A stretch of 64,000 bases of DNA from Lingula anatina. Taxonomy: Eukaryota > Animalia > Brachiopoda. The stretch is from contig CM120640.1 in assembly GCA_051362555.1 (NCBI GenBank), forward strand, positions 52,926,788 to 52,990,787, in the 5' to 3' direction. This document shows positions 54,701-64,000 of the stretch, piece by piece. Position 1 is the first letter of the stretch, and each line of letters begins with the position of its first letter. The notes under the pieces are model-generated. The model was given only the letters and a program-made list of their open reading frames with translations, was not told where the DNA came from and ran no database searches. A program made the position numbers and the translations under genes.

Positions 54701-57700
54701 CATTGTAATTAACACGGACCTTCAGTTTCGTTACACCGGTTTCTGACGTAACTCCGTAACCAAGTAGGATATCATAATGAAAATGGCATGGTTGACGACA
54801 AGGTTGTCAATCACAATTTGGTGGCAACGTTTGGCTTTAAATTGTTTTGTTTGAAATCAAAATGTCAGGATCCCCCTGACCCTCTTTGGTTGCAACAACA
54901 TTATGGGAGAGCAGGATAATGCTTATTTTCGTAATACCTAAGTGAACAAGGAAATAAATCCCAACGTACCATCTGGACCATCCACAGCGCAGTGCACGTG
55001 GACGCTTAGACTGGGTTCCCATACTTAGATTGATAGATAATTACCCCCTAACAGCTTTACTAGGCGTGACAGACATTTAAGCCGGTTACGTTGATTGCAA
55101 TTTAGTGAGACTCCCCAGGGAGATAGATCAATCCAAATATCTGTGGGAATGGTCCCTTAGACTTCCAACGCGCATGCCAGGGGCACCGTTTGTCCTTGCT
55201 TGCAAAGTTTGAGTGGCTCCAACTTCAGCCGCGACTTCATTATCCTTTCTATATAATAATAAAAACAAACAGACAAACAAACAAAAATCCGATGAATCAC
55301 ACTGAGTTGCACTTGAGTTTTAAATGGACTTGTATGTTGTACACAGTTTGGTTGGATATTTGCTGGCGTTGAAATTGTAAAATATTTCAAAGTACTTTTA
55401 TAATTTCCAGGGTTTGGCACGCACCTCAACCTTGATCCCTGACTCGGACCCGGAATCAGACTCTGACTCTGACTGGAAAGAGCTCAATCCAGATTTATTA
55501 TATGAACATGGTCAGATAAAGAATTTACAGCTATTTTAACGTCTATTTTAAATTACACTTCAACGGACAAAATCTGTTCAAACTTTCAGAACTTCACTGG
55601 TTCCTTATTATAGTATAAAGAAGCGACTTAAAAGCATAATTTTTCTTGTTTACTTTGAACATACGTAGCAATTCATTCTCATCAAGGTGAAATTTTAAGT
55701 TTTCTGAAATAGGGGCCTATCCCTTCCCTTTCAAATAATTCAGATTATTTCATTTTACAGACACTACTGGTGGACAAGACGTAACTGTTTATGTGATCGA
55801 TACGTAAGACATTTTATATTAAGGCTTCGTTCACATGGAATGTCTATTTTCTAAAAATCTATTTTCTATTCGCGCTATCTTATGATCACGGTCTGTGCCC
55901 TGAATATCCCGCCGCGTAATTACTGGCAGCGCGAGCCAGTTACTTATAGTAACTTATAGTAACTGGCTCGCGCTGCCAGTAATTACGCCGCGGGAGATTC
56001 AGGGCACAGACCGTGATCATAAGACATACCGCGAATAGAAAATAGAATTTAGAAAATAGACATTGCATGTGAATGAAGCCTAAGTATATATCATTTTGTT
56101 TTGTTGCCTTCTATCATAAAAAGCATCTGTAAATTCTCGGAAAACACTGCACTGTATTTTTTTCTTTTCATTTTGGTTTATTAAAAACAAATTTTAAACC
56201 TTTAGTGATGATCCCTTAGTATAGTGACAAAATAAAAATTGTATTCAATTTCTCCAGAACTTAAGCCCTTTTGAATTGTGTCCTTCTGAAGACATACTGC
56301 ATCTTTGTGCTTTCGGTCTCTTTATGGAAAAAGCCCTCCATCTGTTAGCTTATCACTAACTTGAAACAAGCTTTATTTCTAGAAAATGTTATTGATTTTT
56401 TAGGGGAATAAGGACAACCCATGAAGATTTTACGTACAATGGCGAACAACAAGCTAAATGGGTAGGTCCTTCACATTCGGTACTGTTGACACAGACCTAA
56501 GTAATTTTCAAATGACGGTGGACTTAAAATTCTTAACTTTGTTGCTAATGTAATGTACTTCTATACTGATCATGCTGAAAAATAGTCTTCTGTGCTTCTT
56601 TAGCATTAATCTATTATAAACTAGATTTGCTTTTATATTTCTGCTTACTGTTATGCGATCTTCATTAAAATTTCAAGGGAACAAGCACGGTTATGGATCC
56701 AGACACCGAAGAAGATTTAAACGGCCATGGAACTCATGTTGCAGGTATAGTATTTCTCCAGAACGAAATGAAGTATCCAGACATTTCTTAAAAATCACAA
56801 AGAGCTGTACGGTCGAGCTGCACAAAAAAGTCTTACATGACAGAAAGACTTTGTTCTAAGTTACAAAGCAGACCAATTTAAGTAATTGTTTCCTTATTTT
56901 TCCACCAGATTTCGAATAAAATGTCACTTATTGGTAAGGGGTGCCACTTTTGACAAAAAAAAATCGTTTCACAGGAAGCTTTTAAAATCAAGAATGGTGT
57001 TTGCATTTTAACCAAAGTCGAGCTCAGTAAACACAGAACGATACTATAACGTTACCATAACGTGTTTTTGGTTATTTAAACGTTATGGTAACGTTATGAT
57101 AACGTTCTTTGTTTGCTGGGAGGGATTCTATGAGCTGTAGGGGAAGTAACAGTGCGCGGGAGTATCGATGCGGGGGGGGGGGGGGGGGGGGGGGGAGAGG
57201 GGGGTACAGATACTTTGTATTGCCGCAAGAACCTGTAGGGATGATGTAGCCTTGTACAGTATTATCCAGCGTACTCATATAATCACCAGCTTCTGTGTAT
57301 TCTACTGAAAGCCAGAAAGTGTGTCATTTAACTTATTTTCGGTTGTGAATTTTATATATAAGTACTATCACATTGAGAAAGTTTTAAAGGAGAATTTTGT
57401 GGTGCCCACGCTTTGGGAATTCGTACACATCCTTGCACGCACGCATGACTTTCCTTTTTATATTATTATTCAGGTACAATTATAGGCCAACACTATGGCA
57501 TTGCCAAAAGAGCAACAGCGATAGCCGTACAAGTACTTAATGCAAATGGCTTTGGTTCAAATACGTAAGCTCCCCTCTCTCTGTCTCTCTCTTGTTTATA
57601 CTAGAAATTAACAATCGATAAAAATTGTGACCAAAACAAATATACCTAACAATGATGTTTTAGTTTTTCAAGTCTTTTTTCTGGATATAATCTAATGCCT

Positions 57701-57720
57701 ATAGTTAGAAAGTTTGTGAA

Positions 57721-57770
<50 letters not shown>

Positions 57771-58341
57771 TTTCAAGAGGCAGACACATATGATACTGAA
57801 ATGAATATTTAAGCTGTGAATTTGATTCTTGCCCTCCCCCAATTCCTTTTTATGCTTATTTGCATAATGGTACTTAATAGTGAAATGTAAACACAAGGCA
57901 AGATTCACTAAATCAATTGTTGACAATTATCATTTTTACATTTTAGTTATTGAACAGTAAATGTTCTTTTTTAATGTCGGCTTTTTTAACTGTTCCCTAA
58001 ATTCTTTTGAGCAGTATCAAATTTGTAACTTAAAGCTGTCAAAAAAACAAAATTAAAATTCGTGATTAAATCATTTTAATTTTTGGATATGCATTGAGGA
58101 AATTTTTTCCAACCAGAACTGTATTCCTATAAAAGCCCATGTTATGTGGGATTGCTGTTAATAGGTTATTGACATTGAAACTTACAACGATACTTTCTGT
58201 AGAGGCATGGTTTGGGAAATATGGTTGGAAGTCCATATGATAGTATGTGGTTTTAGAATGATATCCAGTAAATTGCTTTCAGTCTTTGCATACTACACAC
58301 AGATATCTGTTTACACTAGTCAATTTTAATGCAGCAAATGC

Positions 58342-58402
<61 letters not shown>

Positions 58403-61400
58403 TAGTCCACACGTTTGTACATCTATTCCAGGGGTGTTATTAAAGGTATGGAATGGGTTGTAAAGGAGCACCAGAAAGCAGGAAAGAAAACATCTATTGC
58501 AAAGTAAGTAAAAGAATGAAGCAGAGTTCATTTCCCCTATGAATTTTCCCAATAAAATTTTTGAATTTTACATGAATTTAGGGGATATTTTTTGCATTGC
58601 ATATAATTAATAATTATTACAACCATAATATTCTGAAACAAGACAACTCAATGTATGCTAAATACATGTATTTGGAACATGTGACAGACTTTCTACATGA
58701 ATTAAGACATCCTGACTGGTGTGCCAGCTTCCTTTGTGCTATGTGGGGTGTGTCACTCTTTTTAAGTTGATAATTTGGAAAATATGGTGATGCAAGTAGA
58801 AAAAGTCTAATAATTTAATTTTCAATACAAATAATTAGTGAGATTTAAGCTAATAAAATTGGCCTTGATTGACAAATTGTCAACGTCAAATTCCCTGTTG
58901 TTTGTTTACTTGGATGGTGTGAATATTTTTGGTAATTATTAATTTGAGAGAGAGGAGACATAAAATTATGTAATGTTTTTTTGACTAAAAATCAGCCTTG
59001 TATTTTTGTAATGCTTCATTGATGAACTCAGTGAAAGAGCTGATGCCACATTTGTTGGCACTGAATAGATACATTGTATAAGTTATCAAAACTTGGTTAT
59101 TCTTAGTAAAGATGCAAATTTCAAGTAGATGTGATTTTAACATGCATTTTAAACAAAATGGATTGACTTAATAAAGGATACAGTAATTATGTCTTTCTTT
59201 GAAAAAAAAAAACAGTCATTTTAAAGACGACGAAACTCCTTGAATAATAGCTTTATGTGAAGTGAACAACTGTACACTTCACAAATGTAATAGTCTACAG
59301 GGTACAAGGCCATGACACAAAGAATGTAACATTTTCTTGTGTTGTGAAGTACATAGAAACAAGACTGCCTAGCAACTGTATCGTTAATGTTAGGCAGGTG
59401 TTGTTCTGAATGACTGGTCAGTCTAAATTATTTAAAAATGGAATAAAACATCAAATTTAAATGAAGAGACCACTTGCAATTATTAATGAGTTGAAAAAAG
59501 GAAAATTTGTTTTGCTGGTGAAAATCATGCACATATATAGATTACTTTTAAGGGATATGAAAAACCAACAGCTAGAACATCTCTAAGGGTCTTTCAAGAA
59601 AAACAAATTGTAAAATCATACTGCAAAGGATGACATTCTTATATAAGTCAAGTATGAAACCTTGCATGTATGTTTGGAGATAATTTAGTCCACTAATTAG
59701 TCTAAAAATGTTGCAAAAAGGTTGCAAAAGGGTTTTAGAAGTTATACTCTGGCATAGTAGAACCACCAAAACTTGTTACAATGTTATAATATACTGGTGG
59801 TATAATTCATCTATTAACTTATTCAGTTTGAATTTCTTTTGGAACAAGCTATGTAACACAGCTTTATTTGTTAATTTCAGCATGTCCTTGGGAGGCGGCT
59901 TTACTCTTGCAATGAATGAAGCTGTAGACTCCATGTTTGCCGCGGTAAGCCCTCTGATCCAATAGTGTTACCTATACATGTTGCTGCCATTTCATCTTGA
60001 AATGGTTATGATTTTTGCATTTTATACAACTTACAAATTTGAGTGCTTATAAGGATTTTTCCATCATTTTGAACAATCAATTTGTAAGAATATATATAGT
60101 GACAATGACAAAGTAGTCAAACTGAACACCTGAAACTAATTTTGTCACCATGAGTGAAGGAAATAGCTGTTCAAGACATATCTAAAGAGGCTGATTATTT
60201 TGTTTTTCCATTTGAACATGTTTTGATGATGTTTTAATACTTAAATTGCAATGCCCCATATGTTAACTGTAAATTATTAATTAATTCAGAACTTTTTCCA
60301 TGTGATCCTTTTCAATATTTGGCAATGAAAACCTTCGAGATCTCTGGATGTTAATTATACGCTACTGTGCATGATTTTGAAATCTGTTGGTTCTTACACA
60401 ACAGTGACTATCAAGCTGATGTTGAGTTTTTAAAAAAAAATATAGTGCAAAATGTCACCTCATGTAACCTCATTGGCCTCAGATCCCACTTGTCTCTTGA
60501 TTTTGGTTAGAGATGGAGGCTAAAACCAACTACAGAACCCAACCCAGATTACAATTTTTATAAATTAAAATTGTCTTGTTTCAGGGTGTCCTTCTTGTTG
60601 CAGCTGCTGGAAATGATAATGCTGATGCCTGCAATTACTCACCAGCTAGTGCTGAAAATGCGTAAGAATCTGTGTGTGTGTGTGTGTGTGTACGTGTGTG
60701 TACGAGAGAGAGAGAGAGAGAGAGAGAGAATATACAGATTAACTTTAACTTAGGAATTTATTTTGACTGTTGGTATCATGAAATTACAAAATTGTCATTT
60801 TTTATTCTGACAAATTCAGAATCATTTTGTGCCCTCATATCTGTCAAATACAAACCAAGAGAATTTAAAATACAAAACATTTCCTTTCAGGGTCACTGTT
60901 GGATGCACTGACATAAATGACTCTTCATGCTATTTCTCAAATTGGGGGAAATGTAATGACATCTATGCTCCGGTAAGAATATGAGATGACTCAGTACGCT
61001 AAGATAGATGATTATGCTTCAAGACAGTCAGGAAAGCCATGTAGCAAATTGGTAACTCCATCTAACATGCTTAATGATATTTGAAACTAATAACTTGACT
61101 GTTGTCAAAATTGATGGAAAAAAATAAATGTTGAAAGCATCTTTCAGTTTCAGTTAAAAAAGGAAGCAGATAGTTGATTTTGATCAATATCTCAATGAAA
61201 CAGAAAACACCTGCAGGCCTTCCACACAATATTTATGGCCAGCATTAAGACTGTGTTCTGTGAATACTATTTTGAATGTTTCTCTCATATTAACTTTATT
61301 TCTTCTTTAATGGATAGGGTTTAAACATTGAATCTACTTGGATTGATGGAGACTCAGCAACTAAAACAATATCAGGTGTGTATTTTTTAATTAATTGTAC

Positions 61401-63208
61401 TTTTTGTACCTTATAGTTGTCTTCATTGTTTTTTTTTATAGTTACCTTCTACTGTTCTTTTTTTAGCAAAAGGTTGTTCAGTATGTTAGGATTTGCTTTA
61501 TCTTATCCATTAAGACTGCAATAATTGCCATTTGTGATCTTGAGCCATTTGTGAGCATAAACACCAATATTGATTCATACCACAATTTCATATTAAAAGC
61601 AATATTACATAATGGTTAATGGCATTATCATCACCAAATTTTGATTTTATACCAAAGGTAACAGACATTCAAATAATTAAGTTTTGGCCTGTATTTTTGT
61701 CATATATATTCACAAGTCCTGTAAGTTTGAAGACAATGGGTCAACCAGTTTTTCCTCTACTTATGCTAACTGTATTACATACATGCTGAAAAAAAATTAC
61801 AGGATGACTTTTTGAAAAATGCAATCCAATTTTCTAACTCTACCCTTTGTCAGGAACCACAGTACAGAAAAAGTGTAATTAGTACTTTTAAAACTTTCAT
61901 ACATAATGTTGTATTAATTCAATCAGAGGAAGTCATTGTTTCATAAAACTCATACATGGGAAGTCATGTTGTATAAGTAGCTTCATATAATACTGTTTCG
62001 AAGCCAGTAATCTGTTAGAGCTTGATTACATGGGAGTTATTGGAGGTGCCCAATATGAGGGGGTGGACTTGTGTCTGAAGTAACCAATCAGTTTTTAAGT
62101 TATGTGGTTGACAATTTAGTTGATAAAGTTTAGCATAAAATCTGTGAACTTAAATCTAAAAGAGGACTGGATAGAAGAGAGAGAGGCTTGTACCATGTAG
62201 CTATTAGTGTAGCAAAATATATTCTGTTGAAGTTAGAACATGGAGTCGTTTCATTCTTTTCCGTGTGCAGAGTTTAAGACATGGCACCTGGGAATCTCTG
62301 CAGCATTACAGATACGTAGCGTTATCCAAAGATATGAGCCTATTCAGCCCAAACCCCTAGGGTTTTATCATAAAAAGTTACGTATTTAATGTAATGTGGG
62401 GGCCTGGGATGGTCTTAAAGGGGATTCCCCACACTTTGTTTACTAATATTCAACAGTTAAGTAAGTTTAAAGGCAATAGCTTAAATAATAAATTATTTGT
62501 ATTACATACATTCTGGAAAAAGAAAGGAAAATAAGAAAAACAAAACAAAACAATATATATGTAAAACTTTGGGAAAAATGGTCAATAAACTTGACCTTTA
62601 TTTTACTAACATTCATCAGTTCTGTAAGTTTAAAGCCAGAAAAAATGGTTTTCCACTTATCGTGTTATCTCTGAAGGTGCATGGCGACAACAATGCTGAT
62701 AGATGCAGGTGATAAGAGTTTTACTCAAAAAGTGTGTATTGTTATAGCACTGATATTAAGTGTTTTAATTATTTTACAAAATGAAAAGAAAGATGGGCCT
62801 TATAAGACAGCACATGTATAAAACAATAAGTTTTGTAACAGACTCAATTACCTCTTGGTTAGTACTTTTTTGTGTCTGATGCATATATTCCCTATAGTAT
62901 TTGGTTATAATTATGTCAATATGTTTTGTCTTATATTTAGGAACATCTATGTCATCTCCTCATGTGGTAAGTGAATTTCTGACATCGCATTTTACACTTA
63001 TATGCCTATACTTGCTCTAATTATGTGAAAAATCTCAGTACTAATTATTTCTATATATCCAGATACACACTAACATTTTGGGAGAATTTTCTAAACACTC
63101 CAAGTTGAAATCTATAATATTTTCATAGGCTGGTGTTGCAGCTGTGCTACTGTCTGAAGATAATGACTTAACACCAGAGGAGCTGGCCAATAAACTGAAA
63201 GAACTTGG
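48751..63208 (+). CDS. Secreted subtilisin-like serine protease (S8A, proteinase K type) with I9 prodomain, at least 16 exons, 3' end unresolved
   Basis: Signal peptide MKTILFLLAVLCYTSA; prodomain IPNEYIVVF and VKYVEPN; APWGLAR; catalytic VYVIDTG (exon 55761-55803), NGHGTHVAG (56678-56744) and GTSMSSPHVAG (62941-62966); also NMSLGG, AAGN and FSNWGKCNDIYAPG; exon phases are compatible throughout. Confidence 0.93.
50520..53056. mobile_element. TA-flanked TIR element hosting a nested Tc1
   Basis: Left end GGGTAGACCGGGGCTAGTT versus right end reverse complement GGAAAGACCAGGGCTAGTT (16/19), TA on both sides. Confidence 0.7.
51003..52664 (+). mobile_element. Full-length decayed Tc1-family transposon, 1.66 kb, transposase pseudogene
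   Basis: TIR CAGACTTGACATTTAATATAGAATATT / AATATTCCATATTAAATGTCATGTCTG with TA on both sides; disrupted peptides FFIEVRFHL (cf. FSDESRF), SVSIW...QMVVIDENLN, HDEIAGSHRA (cf. DNARPH), LPWSSK and MPCHLRALVAAR occur in Tc1 order. Confidence 0.9.
54091..54370 (+). mobile_element. Second partial copy of the Tc1 right end, interrupted by a MITE terminus
   Basis: CTAGACACTGACA...TAATTTGGAAAATATG...TATTCCATATTAAATTTCAAGTCT parallels 52359-52664; GACTGGGTTCCCATA at about 54230 matches the end of the 55009 MITE; a third short copy lies at about 58700-58795. Confidence 0.75.
55009..55156. mobile_element. PIF/Harbinger-like MITE, short derivative of the 27884 family
   Basis: TTA on both sides; reverse complement matches about 27884-27998 (CCATTCCCACAGATATTT...CTGGGGAGTCTCACTAAATTGC...CCTAGTAAAGCTGTTAGGGGGTAA). 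Confidence 0.85.
55823..56080. mobile_element. Near-perfect palindromic PIF/Harbinger-like MITE, 258 bp
   Basis: GGCTTCGTTCACATG...CATGTGAATGAAGCC with TAA on both sides; arms pair almost to the centre. Confidence 0.92.
57023..57120. mobile_element. Small EnSpm/CACTA-like MITE, 98 bp
   Basis: About 40-bp imperfect TIR (CTCAGTAAACACAGAACG... / ...CGTTCTTTGTTTGCTGGG) with repeated TAACGT subterminal motif and AG on both sides; CCC termini with a 2-bp duplication fit animal EnSpm-type elements. Confidence 0.7.
58345..58400. repeat. (TA)n microsatellite
   Basis: Directly visible; another (TA)n tract lies at about 57724-57768. Confidence 0.95.
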
Positions 63209-63356
63209 GTATGTGTACATCGCTAACACAAAATGTTATCACTCTTTTGCTAGACTTAAGCTGACTGCATTCCAGCTTTTTGCTAAACAACTTGGTATTG
63301 ATATTGGTTGAAAAGTATTTATTTTTATTTACAATGAATAACTGTTGGTATACATA

Positions 63357-63657
63357 GATTGCATTCCCAACGAGTTGAGCCAGGCTTTACAAATCCTGGA
63401 ACTAAATATGGCAGACGTACATGAAAGAAAAACCGCCTAATCTTTTAATAGATTCTCCGCCTCTCACACGCATCCCCATGCGTCGTCCCTGCGGGGGTAC
63501 AGTCATTAAATCTCGGCACCATTGGGACGACACATGGGGAGGCATGTGAGAGGCGGAGAGACTATTAAAAGATTAGGTGGTTTTTCTTTCACGTACGTCC
63601 GCCATATTTAGTTCCAGGATTTGTAAAGCCATGGCTCAACTCGTTGTGAATGCGATC
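63357..63657. mobile_element. Palindromic MITE of about 300 bp, same family as 47416-47597
   Basis: About 135-bp inverted arms GATTGCATTCCCAACGAGTTGAGCCA... / ...TGGCTCAACTCGTTGTGAATGCGATC; no clean target duplication. Confidence 0.88.
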
Positions 63658-64000
63658 ACAGAGTGAGTGGGGGTGGGGGGTGGGGGGGGGGTGAAAGTTT
63701 TTAGAGTGAGAGATTGATTCACAATACAATAATACGCACAATATGAAGACTACCTTTAAATAATATAAGATGACACTTTCTATTGCTCACTGACATGTTT
63801 CAAAGGGTAAAATAGTGATTTGCGTTATACCTTTGTCGTACCCCTTTTATATCAGACCTTCCTGAAATAGTTGGTGTGCCTTGGCTAAGTTTTCTTAGGG
63901 CTAAAATTACTTGTGCATTATAAGGCTATCAATTTCACATTTTATGATCCTGTGGTAATTCTGTTTTCATCTTAGATGGACACCATTAAAGCAATAATTA

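Noticed and set aside
54671-54880. CTAACCCTAAC (54690-54700), identical to the human telomerase RNA template, with a hairpin just upstream and AAAATGTCAG downstream
   Set aside because: It lies between CCATGCCAT/ATGGCATGG inverted ends typical of a decayed MITE; I could not build a convincing pseudoknot, CR4/5 or H/ACA domain, and the GTCAGG has a local partner. A telomerase RNA covariance search would settle it.
63209-64000. Candidate final exons of the subtilase (acceptors near 63276, 63856 and 63976)
   Set aside because: None gives a phase-compatible, recognisable C-terminus, so the end is left unresolved.

Overview
AT-rich, intron-rich animal genomic DNA, probably an invertebrate; the species cannot be determined from the sequence. 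Splicing by eye gives six genes: the 3' part of NCKAP1 (+), PSMD2/Rpn1 (-), KIF17/OSM-3 kinesin-2 (+), RNASEK (-), PLEKHF2/Phafin2 (+) and an intron-rich secreted proteinase K-like subtilase (+, 3' end unresolved). PSMD2/KIF17 and RNASEK/PLEKHF2 are head-to-head pairs on short shared promoters. Introns hold many DNA-transposon relics: PIF/Harbinger-like MITEs, a decayed full-length Tc1 nested in another TIR element, an EnSpm-like MITE, a Helentron/DINE-like element and old LINE fragments. The most notable items are a U12-type final intron in PSMD2, an exon-level duplication in the KIF17 stalk, an RFX+forkhead motif pair and CLEAR-like boxes in the shared promoters, and a structured NCKAP1 intron segment with a hammerhead-like fold. 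No clearly new biological system is established; most supplied ORFs are spurious or are exon read-through.
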